Below are positions 29,515 to 40,417 of a stretch of 64,000 bases of DNA, one piece after another. A program made the position numbers and the translations under genes. The notes beneath the pieces were generated by a model that had not been told where the DNA came from, ran no database searches, and was given only the letters and a program-made list of their open reading frames with translations. The stretch lies in the NCBI GenBank assembly GCA_963783835.1, contig CAWAOX010000018.1, forward strand, positions 152,435 to 216,434, written 5' to 3'. Source of the DNA: an uncultured Actinomycetota bacterium (lineage in GTDB: Bacteria; Actinomycetota; Thermoleophilia; RBG-16-64-13). Numbering within the stretch: the stretch's first letter is position 1; the number at the start of each line of letters is the position of its first letter.

Positions 29515-30186
29515 CTAGTCAAGCAAGTAGGCAATAGCTCGCGCAGGTGCTCCATCACCGGCCGTAATGCGAAGCGGAAGACAAACGAAGTAAATCCTCT
29601 TGCCCCCCAGTTGCTTGGCTACGGAACTGATTTCCTCGATGAGGGGAATGCCATTGCCGAGCAGAATATTGTGCGCCGGGTTCGACGTATCTCCGTATTT
29701 ATCGATGCTGAAGAAGTCTATGCCCACGGATTTCACTTTCTTCGCCACTAGCCATTCCGCACCGCTCCGATCGACGTATGTGTAGTTCGAATTGAGCCAC
29801 GCCTCTCCAAGATGGTCGGCGCAGCCGGTGTAGAGGATGACAATATCTCCTGGTCTCACCAACTCAGAGAACTTCTCCAGATCCTCGGCGCCAACAGCGG
29901 ACCCAAGCTCCTTGTCCGAAAGATCGAGGACAACTGCCTCCCCCATGAAGAGGTTCAGGTCCAATTCTTCGAGCGATAAACCTTCATTGAAGCGATGCCG
30001 CGGCGCATCGACATGCGTCCCCTGGTGCGTAGAAATCTTGAATCTGTGAACGTTAAATCCATTCTTTTCCACAGATGAGACCTGTTCAATCACCGCCGGC
30101 GCGTTGGCAGGATAGAAGGGCATCCCCTCCCATACTGGGTTGGACAGGTCATAGTATTTGCCTTTGAACGGGGCCGTCGCAGCCAT
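29515..30186 (-). CDS. Cyclase-family protein (kynurenine formamidase / isatin hydrolase type, PF04199-like), paralog A1
   Basis: HQGTHVDAPRHRF metal-binding motif, and a C-terminal HNILLGNGIPLIEE block identical to the paralog at 42133..42852. Noticeably lower GC than the pur region. Confidence 0.75.
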   Translation of the reverse strand: MAATAPFKGKYYDLSNPVWEGMPFYPANAPAVIEQVSSVEKNGFNVHRFKISTHQGTHVDAPRHRFNEGLSLEELDLNLFMGEAVVLDLSDKELGSAVGAEDLEKFSELVRPGDIVILYTGCADHLGEAWLNSNYTYVDRSGAEWLVAKKVKSVGIDFFSIDKYGDTSNPAHNILLGNGIPLIEEISSVAKQLGGKRIYFVCLPLRITAGDGAPARAIAYLLD

Positions 30187-30299
30187 TCTGGACTCCTTTG
30201 GTCTTGTCCTGCTATTCGTTAAGAACGCGGCGGTACGAATTCTCGTGCGAGTTACACTCTAGTTGCTGAGGACTAAGTCGGCGGAGCGGAACCCGCCCC

Positions 30300-31532
30300 T
30301 TACACCCTCGCGATAGTTTGTGGAGTCTTGTGGAGCCTCTCAGCTCCCTGATCGCCTACGATGTATCCATCGCATACGTTGGTCCAGACTCCCTCCCGCA
30401 CAGCGCCGGGGTGCACGGCTATGTTCATACCTCTCTCCAGCTTCCACGCCTCTTCGGGCCTGATGTTCGGCCGCTCGACAAGCGAAAGCCCTTGCCCATG
30501 GGAAAATGAGCGACCTGGCCTTCCGTAACCGCGCTCGGTTAGGAATTGAACCTGCTTCAGCCAGAGTTCTCCGGGTTCGGCACCCGGAACCATGGCCTTG
30601 GCGATGAGGTGCTGACACTCGAGCGCGTCGGCAAAAGCCTTCTCTAGGGAGGGAGAGGGCTCGCCCTGAACCGCGAAGATCTTGGTGATCTCGGTGTAAT
30701 AGCCGCAAGGTCCGTTTACTTCGACGAGCACTGAGACCTGATCCCCGGGCCGGATCACTCGGTTCTGCATACCGTAGACATCGAAAGGCACGATCGTACC
30801 CATCGGTCCCGAGCCCACCTGGATGATGCCTCGGGCACTACCGTGCTTGGAGCAGTAGTAGTGAGCCTCGGCGTACACATCGTAGTCGTGCATACCGGGC
30901 GTGATCGTCTTAGTAAGATGCTCGATACCGCATCCTCGAGCGCTGCGCAGCCCTTTATGCACTCGATCTCTTCGGGACTCTTGACGATCTTCAGCCGATC
31001 GACCAGTCGGTCGCATCGACGAACACCGCACCCGGTAGGTCTCGACCACGTACTCATAGAAGGTCACCGGAAGGAAGGTTTTCTCTACCCAGCCGATCTT
31101 AGGGTTCTTCTTTTCTCTGAGCACGCTGACAGCCAGTCTACCTTCCACTGTGCTCGAATAATGCGTGGTTGGGAAGTAGACGGCTCCCAGGGAGGCACCG
31201 ACGCCGCGTGCTAGTGCCATGGGCGGGAAAGGCTGGGTGGCGGGCGGCTCCATCCCGCAGTTGATCACCGCCATCTCACCCTCGAGCGGGAAGATCACGG
31301 TCATTGGATATTGATGGCGTGCCGCGAAGTCAGTGAACCAACGAAGAGTTCCTCCTAGAAACTCCTCGTGGTTTTGCATTACCAGATAGTCGAGCCCACG
31401 CTCTTGCATCATTTCTCGTGCGGCTTCCCAGCGGCGCTCGAGTTCGGGCGTGGAGATGCGATGGACCAGCCTCTCGACTGGGCTCACTGGGGTAGGATCA
31501 ACCACGGTCCTCTCCTTTCCTGACGAATGCAA
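30300..31532 (-). CDS. M24-family metallopeptidase (creatinase / Xaa-Pro dipeptidase-like); two compensating frameshifts near 30930-31040
   Basis: Pita-bread motifs ITPGMHDYDVYAEAHYYCSKHGSARG...GSGPMG...FSHGQGLSLVERP. The segment DRLVDRLKIVKSPEEIECIKGCAALED (typical M24) lies in a different frame (ORF 30755..31057). Confidence 0.7.
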   Translation of the reverse strand: MHSSGKERTVVDPTPVSPVERLVHRISTPELERRWEAAREMMQERGLDYLVMQNHEEFLGGTLRWFTDFAARHQYPMTVIFPLEGEMAVINCGMEPPATQPFPPMALARGVGASLGAVYFPTTHYSSTVEGRLAVSVLREKKNPKIGWVEKTFLPVTFYEYVVETYRVRCSSMRPTGRSAEDRQESRRDRVHKGLRSARGCGIEHLTKTITPGMHDYDVYAEAHYYCSKHGSARGIIQVGSGPMGTIVPFDVYGMQNRVIRPGDQVSVLVEVNGPCGYYTEITKIFAVQGEPSPSLEKAFADALECQHLIAKAMVPGAEPGELWLKQVQFLTERGYGRPGRSFSHGQGLSLVERPNIRPEEAWKLERGMNIAVHPGAVREGVWTNVCDGYIVGDQGAERLHKTPQTIARV

Positions 31533-31719
31533 CGCTCACATGCTTCTTGCCGCGTTCGGCTTCTGACCAATACGGGACGGCGGCCGTCCACCCCACTCGG
31601 CCGGATGTAAGGGGGATTCAGCTACTGGCTAGAATCTACCGGTGCCGCGGCCAGCCTTGTCTCTGAGAGTTGGAGCAGGGTGGTATGAAATGCGTCCAGG
31701 ACCGATGGCAATCAGTGCA

Positions 31720-32521
31720 TTACTTGTCCGCCGTCCACGACAAGCGTTGGCCGCTCATGAAGTCGCTATCGGCAGAGGCAAGAAAGAACGCCGGACCAGC
31801 CAGGTCTCCCGGGAGTTCGTTCCGCTCCTTGAGGCACTGCATGCCGCGTGTGCGCTCGCAGTGCTCCAGGATACTCTGGACCTTGCCCTGCGTTCGATGC
31901 CGTCAGCGTGAAACCGGGGGCAAGCGCGTTCACTCGAATTCCATACTCTCCCAACTCCCTCGCCAATGCTCGCGTGAATCCTATGATTCCTCCCTTGCTG
32001 ACCACATACGGGATGAACCCGCGCAGACCCTCAAAGAAAGCCGACGAAGTGATGTTGATGATCTTGCCGTACCCCTGTGGCTCCATATACGGAAAGACGG
32101 CCTGCGCCGAGAACCACATGCCGCGCAAATTGACATCCTGCGCGCTGTCCCATTCCTCAACGGTGTACTCGTCGAAGCGGCGAAGACCCGCCTTAGACGG
32201 AATTACGCGGGCAGCGGCTGCGTTGTTGACGAGAATGTCGATCTTCCCGCCGCATGCGTCCGCTAGCCGTTTTGCCGACGCTCGGCACTGATCCAAGTCG
32301 GTTACGTCACAAGTGAGCGGAATCGCGACTCCTCCGGCCGCTTGAATGTCCTCTACCACTTGCGCCGCGCTGGATGCGTGGCGAGTGAGCACTCCCACCC
32401 GGGCGCCCTCTTGGGCAAACCTCACCGCTATCGAGCGGCCGATGCTGTTGGTACCGCCAGCTCCTGTTACCAAAGCCACGCGGTCTTGAAGACGTCGGAA
32501 CGATCCGCATTCAGGTTCCAT
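31720..32521 (-). CDS. Short-chain dehydrogenase/reductase (SDR); frameshift near 31830-31850
   Basis: ATG 7 nt after GGAGGGA. VALVTGAGGTNSIGRSIA (TGxxxGxG)...NNAA...YVVSKGG (YxxxK). The canonical C-terminus ELPGDLAGPAFFLASADSDFMSGQRL appears only in a shifted frame. Confidence 0.7.
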
Positions 32522-32804
32522 ATCGTGCTCCCTCCATAGATGACCAAAATGTTCATTGATACCCGAAAAATGTGCCATTAGATTCTTTTATTGAGCTGCT
32601 TTGCACGGCTCGTGTCTCAACGGTACCAGGCCCATCGGCCGCAGACCACTCATTTTCGAAACCTGGGTGCTCTGCCAGTGGGAAGTGACTCTCTGCACAA
32701 GGAGAGTGCTTGAGTTCATATTTGTAACACGTTGACCGCATCGTGAAATCGTATTATGATGGGTCGGTCAAGAAAGTGGATGTTCGACGACGAGGGTGAT
32801 GGGA

Positions 32805-34921
32805 ATGGGGTACAGGGTCGGGGCAGACGTGGGTGGAACCTTCACCGACCTGGTGGCTATGGATGAGACGGGCAGGGTGGTAATAGCCAAAGCGCCCACG
32901 ACTCCAGCTGACCAGTCCGTCAGCGTCCAAGACGCGATCAAGAAAGCTGGTATAGATCTCGGCGCGGTCGATTTCTTTTCCCATGGCACGACCGTCGGGG
33001 TCAACGCGGTGATTGAGAACAAGGGGGCGAAGGTCGCCGTCATCACGACAGAGGGGTTCCGGGACGTGCTCGAGCTGCGTCGCGGCCGGCGTGTCATCGA
33101 GAACCCCGACGACATGTACAACCTCCAAATGGACCTTCCCCAGGACTACGTAGGTGGCTACGACCCACTGGTCAGAAGGCCGCTCCGGTTCGAAGTCCCG
33201 GAGCGCCTCGACTACCAGGGCAGCGTCCTCCGGCCTTTGGACGAGGACGCGGTCCGACGGAGCGTGGAAGATATCCGTGCTCAGGGCGTCCAAGCGGTCG
33301 TCATCTGCTATTTGTTCTCCTTCATGAATCCGGCCCATGAGCAACGAACGGCGGAGATCGTACGAGAGATGATGCCGGACGTCGATCTCTCGGTCTCCAG
33401 TGATATCCTGCCCATCGTTCGCGAGTACGAGAGGCTCAGCACGGCCACCGTGAACGCCTATGTCATGCCCATAATGCGCTCGTATCTTGGCAAGCTGCGC
33501 GACGCGCTCAAAGCCGGCGGTTTCAACCGGGACTTCTACCTGATGCAGTCGAGTGGCGGCATCATGTCCTCGGAGGTCGCCGCACGCCGGCCCGTCTATA
33601 CCATCGATTCGGGCCCGGCGGGGGGAGTGACGGCTGCCGCCCAATTGGGAATGTCGTTGGGATACCCGGATGTCATATCATTCGACATGGGCGGAACGAC
33701 GGCGAAGGTGTGCGTCATCCGCGACGGCACGCCGGAGGTGACCAGCCAGTTCTGGGTGGGTTCGAGGTACTTCATCGGGGCTCCGGTAATGGACATGGTG
33801 GAGATCGGAGCCGGAGGCGGAAGCATCGCGTCGATCGACAAGGGCGGTGGAGTCCACGTCGGTCCTCGCAGCGCCGGGTCGGTGCCGGGACCGGTCTGCT
33901 ACGGCAAAAGTGGGACCGAGCCCACGGTGACTGACGCCGATCTGATCCTGGGCTACATCAATTCTGAATACTACCTCGGCGGCGACATGACGGTAGACAT
34001 CGAGGCGGCCCGGACGGCAATCAAGACCAAGATCGCCGATCCTTTGGGCATGAGCGTCTCTGAAGCCGCACATGGGATATACCGCTTGGTCAATGCCAAC
34101 ATGATCGGCGCCACCAGGGTCGTCACCATCCAGCGAGGGCACGACCCCCGCGATTTCAGCCTGGTTGTCTCCGGTGGGACCGCGGCCATCCACGCCGTTC
34201 GCATGGCCCAGGAGCTACGTATTCCTAGGGTGATAGTCCCCCTGCAGGCTGGCGTCTTCTCGGCGGTAGGCTTGATCACTGCCGACGCCCGCTACGATGT
34301 CCACCGTTCTTACGTCGCCCGAGGTTCGCAGGCCGACCCCGGTCGCATGCAGGCGATCTTCGATGAGATAGCTCGTGAGGCGGCCGCCAGGATCGCCGAA
34401 CTGGGGTTCGCGCCCGACGACATAGTGCTGCGCTACGAGATAGACATGCGTTATCTAGGGCAGGCCCACGAGGTACCGGTTGAGGTCCCCTGCGGCCTCG
34501 TCACGGCCATGGACGAGGCCACCCTGAAGAAGCTGGTGGAGCTCTTCCACGAGAAGCATCTTCACCTGTTCGGCCACGCTTCGCGGGAGTCGGAGACTGA
34601 GTTCATGACGCTTACCGTCGCTGCGATCGGCCCAATGACCCGCGGCGAGATGCACCCGATAGAAACGGGCACGGGGGACCCCGGCGCCGCGTTCAAGGGC
34701 GTCAGAAAAGTGTTCTTCCAGGAGGCCGGCGGCTACATCGACTGCAACACCTACGAACGATCCCTGCTCAGGCGAGCAACGTGATCGTCGGCCCTGCGAT
34801 CGTCGAGCAGATGGATACCACCACGGTCCTTCCCCCCGGGGAGACGGCCCGAGTCGACGAGTACGGCACACTGATCGTCGAGCTTGCCGCGGACCAGGGC
34901 GAAGACGCGAGGGAGGTATGA
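32805..34921 (+). CDS. hyuA: Hydantoinase/oxoprolinase family A subunit (HyuA-type, ATP-dependent); frameshift near 34770-34785
   Basis: YRVGADVGGTFTDLV (ASKHA N-domain)...DMGGTTAKV... The C-terminus ASNVIVGPAIVEQMDTTTVLPPGE is in a shifted frame. The stop overlaps the hyuB ATG (ATGA). Confidence 0.8.
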
Positions 34922-36774
34922 CGATGGCGGGGAAAGAGGAGCGCCAGGACGCATTCACCCTCGGAGTCCTCCGCAGTCTGATGGAATCCATCCCTCTGGA
35001 GATGGCAGAGGTGCTTAAGCGCACCTCGTATCACCCCATCTTCAACGAGGTCCTCGATTTCTCCACGGCTCTTCTGGATTCCGAGGGCCGCCTGATCGCT
35101 TCCTCGATGGGAGTGGCGGTCCACCTTGGAGCTCTGGAACTGAGCGCCAAGGCCATAGTTGGCCACCTGGGCAAGGAGAACTTGGCCAAAGGCGACGTGA
35201 TGATCCATAACAACCCCTTCCCGGGGGGAACCCACCTACCGGACGTCGACGTGATCGCTCCCGTCTACCACAATGGTGAACTCGTGGCCTACTCGGTGGC
35301 GCGCGGCCACCACGGCGATATCGGCGGGATGCATCCGGGAAGCTTCGCCGGTGATACGGTGAGCATCTTCCAAGAAGGGGTGCGGCTGCCGCCCATCAAG
35401 CTCTACGACCGCGGAGTGCTCAACGAGGGGGTGCAAAGATCTGCTGCTGGCGAACGTTCGTGTGCCCCAGTTCACCTGGGGTGACCTTCAGGCCCAGATG
35501 GCCGGGTGCAGGCTGGGCGAGCGGCGGATCGAGGAGCTGTTCGAAAAGCATGGAGCGGAGGCTATGCAGGCGGCGATGGATTGGGCCATGGACTACTCCG
35601 AACAGCTCATGCGCGCCGAGATCGAGCGAATACCCGACGGCACGTACACCTTCGAGGACTTCTTGGACAACGATGGGATCGACAAGGATCGGCCGGTGAA
35701 GATCCACGTCAAGGTCACCATCCAAGGCAGCGATCTGACTGCGGACTTCAGCGGCTCCGACCCCCAGGTGAAGGGGCCTGCCAACTGCGTGCTCGGGGTC
35801 GTCCATTCGGCCACCTATTGCGCAATGTTCAATGTGACCGATCCGGCCATGCCGAAGAACCACGGCTGCTACCGTCCTATCAAGATCATCGCGCCTGAGG
35901 GGCTGGTGGTGAACGCCAGGTTCCCTGCTCCGGTCGTGAGCGGCAACACCGAGACGTCCCTGCGCATAATCGACGCCCTGACCGGCGCTCTCGCCAGGGT
36001 CATCCCCGAGAAGGTGATCGCGTCCGACTCAGGTACCGCCACCGCGCACATAGCGGCGGTTTCGATCCCCGCAACGGGGACTACTACGCCTGGTACCTCG
36101 GGTCCGACCCCACCGCGTGGGGGGCGCGGGCGACGAAGGACGGCTTCGAATTGGCCGGGGGGCCGCGGATAGGCGGCAGCGTGTCGCAAGTGTCGTTCGA
36201 GGTATTTGAGACCCGGTACCCTTTCCTGGTGGAAGAGTACGCCTATTATCCCGACTCCGGCGGCCCGGGCCGTTTTCGCGGTGGGATGTCGGGGGTGACC
36301 ATCATGCGGCCTGTGGGACACGAGTGCGATGTGGGAGGAGCCAACGACCGCTGCGTCATACCGCCATACGGCATTTTCGGTGGAATGCCCGGACTGCACG
36401 GCGAGAACAAGATCATCCACGCCGACGGGACGGAGACGCGCATAGATCGTGCCGGCGGCGAGATCGCCCGTGATGGAGATGTCCTCTACTTCAGGGCGCC
36501 AGGTGGGGGTGGGTATGGGGATCCCCTTGACCGCGACCTCGGCTACCTACAGCACGACCTCGATATTGGTCTGGTCTCTTCGGAAAGCGCGCGCAGGGAC
36601 TACGGCGCCGTTCTTGTCGAGGGGACGGCGACGATAGATCGCCAGTCTACTGAGGAGAACCGGGCAAAGCTCAAGGGGGAATGGAGGCGAGACCAGATCT
36701 TCATCGATCAGATGACCAAGCCCTTCGCCCAGCAGGGGTTTCGTGTCGTCGGCCTCGACGAGGAGATTTGTTGA
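34918..36774 (+). CDS. hyuB: Hydantoinase/oxoprolinase family B subunit (HyuB-type); two frameshifts (near 35470 and 36160)
   Basis: Three consecutive ORFs in different frames (34918..35484, 35462..36172, 36151..36774) together give ~619 aa of Hydantoinase_B (…VIAPVYHNGELVAYSVARGHHGDIGG…, …FETRYPFLVEEYAYYPDSGGPGRFRGG…). Confidence 0.75.
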
Positions 36775-36817
36775 TCCGTGGACAAACCGATATGTGAAGG
36801 ACCGAAGGGGGTCATGC

Positions 36818-37672
36818 ATGAAACTCTATGTTCTCGACTGCGGCCAGCTCTGGACGGAGGAGGGGTTCCTCAAGCATTTTGGTACCCAGGAGCTCACCGG
36901 GAAACCATACGAGGCCGGAGCCTTCGGTATCAGAAGCTGCCAGTACTTCATTGATCATCCGAAGGCCAAGATCGTCTTCGATCTTGGCTATACTCTCGAC
37001 GACTTTCGTGGGTTCGTCGGATTCCCCCTTCGCAAAGGTCCGGAGGGCACCCACTTCAAGCAGGCCCCCGACCAGAACCCGCTAGCCCAACTGGCCAAGA
37101 TCGGGGTCAAGCCGGACGACATCGACTACGTCGTAATCTCGCACCTAATGAGCGAGCACGCCGGGTACCTGCCCGAGTTCGCGGGGACCAAGGCGAAGAT
37201 CGTTGTGCAGGAGGACGAGCAGGAGTATGCGAGTCGGATAGGAGTGCCACCGAGACCGGGGGATGAGCCGGCGGTTGAGCAGTTCCATACCTGGATGTAC
37301 CTGCGCAAGCTCTATGAGGTGCCCGGTCTCGATTTCATGTACATCAAAGGCGACTACGAACTGGTGGGCAGAGACGTCGAGATCATTTCGCTCCCCGGGC
37401 ATACCCCGGGATTCCAGAACATGATGGTACGCCTGCCGAAGACCGGCCCCGTGTTCCTGTCCGCCTGCGAAACCAGAGGCATGTACTACGACGTTCCCGT
37501 CAACGGCTACGCCCCGGGTATCCCGCACGCATTCACCTGGTCGGCAGCCGGGGAACTGCAAAGCTTCAAGAGAGTCCGGGGGCTGGTCGAGAAGGAGGAG
37601 GGGCAAATCTTCTTCGGTCACGATTTGGAACAGTTCCTAACCCTCAAGGCGGCGCCCGGGTACTACGACTGA
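36818..37672 (+). CDS. MBL-fold-like metallo-hydrolase with variant motif (ISHLMSEH instead of HxHxDH), paralog A
   Basis: ATG after AAGGGGG. ...VISHLMSEHAGY...SLPGHTPGF...FFGHD. About 80% identical to the product of 49533..50386. Confidence 0.65.
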   Translation: MKLYVLDCGQLWTEEGFLKHFGTQELTGKPYEAGAFGIRSCQYFIDHPKAKIVFDLGYTLDDFRGFVGFPLRKGPEGTHFKQAPDQNPLAQLAKIGVKPDDIDYVVISHLMSEHAGYLPEFAGTKAKIVVQEDEQEYASRIGVPPRPGDEPAVEQFHTWMYLRKLYEVPGLDFMYIKGDYELVGRDVEIISLPGHTPGFQNMMVRLPKTGPVFLSACETRGMYYDVPVNGYAPGIPHAFTWSAAGELQSFKRVRGLVEKEEGQIFFGHDLEQFLTLKAAPGYYD

Positions 37673-37822
37673 GCGTGGCATCGGGTGAGCGAAGTGGGGT
37701 TGGGGGAATGAGCAAGACGAGGGAAGGGAGAACAAGGGTGAGTCCCGGTCAGATGCGAAGCTGTCAATACGCCAGGAGTTTCCCGTGCCTGGCTATCGAC
37801 GAACGGGTGCCCTGAGAGGAGA

Positions 37823-38236
37823 GTGCACGTGAAGAAGAAGACCTATCCACTCTTCTACGGGGGTCAGAAACAAAAGTTCGCCCGATCAGTGGTCGTGGGT
37901 GATCTGGTATTCCTCTCAGGGATGAGCGGCCGCACCATGGAGACCGGTGATGTTTCATCCGACGACGTCAAGGAGCAGATGCTAGTCGCCTTGGATAAAG
38001 TCCGCGCCGCTCTTGAGGAAGCGGGGAGCTCGATGGATCACATTGTCAAGACCGTGATCTACCTCAAGGATGTCAAGGATTACGAGCTAATGCGGGCGAC
38101 TGAGTCCGAGTACTACCACAAGTACGCTCCCGGACTTGTCGAGGAGCCACCGGCCAGCACCTTCATACAACCCGCCTCGCTCGCGCGGGCGAGCATGCTG
38201 GTAGAGATCGACGTAGTCGCCTGTTTGAAGGATTGA
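37823..38236 (+). CDS. RidA/YjgF/TdcF-family reactive-intermediate deaminase, copy 1
   Basis: …VVVGDLVFLSGMSG…HIVKTVIYLKDVKDYE…EIDVVA. Confidence 0.75.
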   Translation: MHVKKKTYPLFYGGQKQKFARSVVVGDLVFLSGMSGRTMETGDVSSDDVKEQMLVALDKVRAALEEAGSSMDHIVKTVIYLKDVKDYELMRATESEYYHKYAPGLVEEPPASTFIQPASLARASMLVEIDVVACLKD

Positions 38237-38679
38237 AGGCGGGATACACGAGAAAGATAACAAAGCACCCTGCGCGCTACCCGACAAAGGTGCGTTTTAG
38301 CCGATCAGCGGTGGTCGGTAACTACGTGTTTGTCTCTGGCTGCAGCGGACAGACCCTCGAGACGTTCCACGCGGATTCAGATGACGTGGAGGCGCAAACG
38401 GAGGTCGCCCTCGACAAGGTCAGAGCGGCCATCGAGGAAGCCGGGTCTTCCATGGAGAATCTGGTCAAAGTCATCGTCTACTTGACGAGTGCGGAAGATA
38501 GGCGCCGCGTAGAGGGCCGGATCGATGACTACTACTACAAGTATGCGCCTCGCCTGATAAAGGAGCGGCCAGCCGAGACTGTCGTGTGCGTTGCTGGGTT
38601 ACATGAAGCGGATCTTCTCGTTGAGATAGATAGCATCGCCGTGATTCCGGACAGCGAAGGTCAGGATGAGTGCTTTTAG
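38233..38679 (+). CDS. RidA/YjgF-family protein, copy 2 (TTG start overlapping upstream stop; start uncertain)
   Basis: …AVVGNYVFVSGCSGQT…NLVKVIVYLTSAED…EIDSIAV. Tandem paralog of the preceding gene. Confidence 0.7.
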   Translation: MKAGYTRKITKHPARYPTKVRFSRSAVVGNYVFVSGCSGQTLETFHADSDDVEAQTEVALDKVRAAIEEAGSSMENLVKVIVYLTSAEDRRRVEGRIDDYYYKYAPRLIKERPAETVVCVAGLHEADLLVEIDSIAVIPDSEGQDECF

Positions 38680-38851
38680 CGCTGAGACTGGGGCCAAAGA
38701 GAGATGTCGTGGAGGCGAGGACGTAACATGACCCCGGAGATTCTCCGGTCTGCATGTCGACCAGCAAGCGCGACGGCGTTGGTCGAAAAAAGACTGCAGC
38801 GTAACATAACGGAGAAACGGCGTCGAAGCTGAACAGGAAAGTGGGTCGTAA

Positions 38852-39610
38852 GTGATACAGAGTCTGGTCAAAGGCTTGGCAGTTCTATCGCTCTTTGACA
38901 AAGTCCACCCCGAGTGGACCTTGGATGAGATCGCTGAAGCAGTGGGGGTTCCGAGAATGACTGCCTATCGTCTTGCAAAGACGATGGAGGGGGTCGGCTA
39001 TCTCGTCTCGGATCATGGCAACAGATATCACCTTGGTCCGGCGGTCCTTGCCTCTACCTGTGCGTGCGTCGATCGCTACGCGGGCCTGGTAAAGGTAGCC
39101 CGGCCATATCTCGAAGAACTTGCAGCGGTGACCCAAGAAACTGTGACTTTTGCGATGGAGATTGATGGGGTACCGGTCGAGGTCGACGAAATCCTTACCT
39201 CGCGGCCTTTCGCTCGTCCGCATGCCATCGGGCGGATTTTCGGTCACACCAATACCGCTCATGGCAAGGTGTTCATGGCAAGCAAGTCCCCAGCGGAGCG
39301 GCAAGAGATCCAGTTTGAGGTGAGCACGGCGCACTCTATTGCCGATAAGCAGGCCTTATCAGCCGAACTGGAGCGGGTGGCACGAGATGGAATAGCGTAT
39401 AACTGCGAGGAGCGGGACATTGGGATCTGCGCCGTAGCTGCGCCGGTCCGGGATCAAGCTGGGCGAGTGGTCGCGTCCATCGCTGTGCTGGCTCCTCCCG
39501 GGAGGTTCAGGCCAATAATTGATAGGGAGGGGTTTGGGACTGCTGTCAAGTTGACGGCCGACGAGCTCTCCGCTTTCCTCGGCTACTTTGCGCCTGAGCG
39601 TATCGACTAG
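38852..39610 (+). CDS. IclR-family transcriptional regulator
   Basis: N-terminal wHTH (LVKGLAVLSLFDKVHPEWTLDEIAEAVGVPRMTAYRLAKTM) plus C-terminal effector domain. A 30-codon copy of its N-terminus recurs at 56667. Confidence 0.8.
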   Translation: MIQSLVKGLAVLSLFDKVHPEWTLDEIAEAVGVPRMTAYRLAKTMEGVGYLVSDHGNRYHLGPAVLASTCACVDRYAGLVKVARPYLEELAAVTQETVTFAMEIDGVPVEVDEILTSRPFARPHAIGRIFGHTNTAHGKVFMASKSPAERQEIQFEVSTAHSIADKQALSAELERVARDGIAYNCEERDIGICAVAAPVRDQAGRVVASIAVLAPPGRFRPIIDREGFGTAVKLTADELSAFLGYFAPERID

Positions 39611-40417
39611 GACGCGATGGCTAGGGATCAGAAGTCTTGAGTATTCATTCAATGATCATCGTTTGGGAAAACGTCTGAGCCAACGCTCTCTCCTTCAACG
39701 CTCCGGTAACCATGAATGCCCGGCGTTTCATTGCCCAGCCCTGCCTCCCCCGGCCTATCGGCCGTCTTTCGAGACGAGCCGTCCTTTGGTCTAGTTCGGT
39801 TCGGGAAGACCGATTGTCTCCCGCGTCGCGGGGACTTGAATGACGCCTCTGTTTCGCCTCAACAGGCCTATGTTTGCCTAAATCCACGTCTTTGAACGCC
39901 GCTCTACTGGCTTGCTGGCTTTCCAAGCTCGACCCGGCTCAGTCTAGTGCTTGTCTCTCGAGTACGCACATGAGTTTTCCGGTGGGTCACGTATCACGTC
40001 GCCGAGCGTCCAGAGACTGAATGTGGGGCCCGCGACGCGGCTGCTCGACTTGCCGGCGCAATCGGTCCGCAGTCAGCCGTCTCGAGCAGGAAGCAGCAAG
40101 TTCAATGAGACTCCCCTGGCGCCACCCTAACTGGCCAGCTCGCGCCGCCCTAAGCGGTCCTCCGTCTCATCCACTTTCACCTCTCCACAACGCAGGAGGT
40201 GGAAATGGTCAATCTGTTTCGTTCTACGATTAGCGAGTTGCCATAACATCTATTCCGTGACGGTGGAGACGCTATGAGCAATTCGTGCTGTGTTTCAAGC
40301 TTGACAAAGAGGGTTATCTGTAATAGATTTCGTTTCCTGCACGGTTTCGCTCGTCGATTGGGGATCACGGGTGAATCGACAGAAGGCACAGGGAAAAGCG
40401 CATGGAAGGGGGAGGCG

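Noticed and set aside
29424-29520. Expected IS481 right-end repeats matching the left end
   Set aside because: The sequence right of the transposase stop lacks the ggctccggtacc/gtgttccactt motifs. Only a short TGACACTT inverted match is present, so the right boundary at 29431 is tentative and the element may be 3'-truncated.
38233-38679. Second RidA gene as a duplication artefact
   Set aside because: The two RidA products are only ~45% identical (different lengths, distinct sequences), so they are genuine tandem paralogs rather than an assembly repeat.
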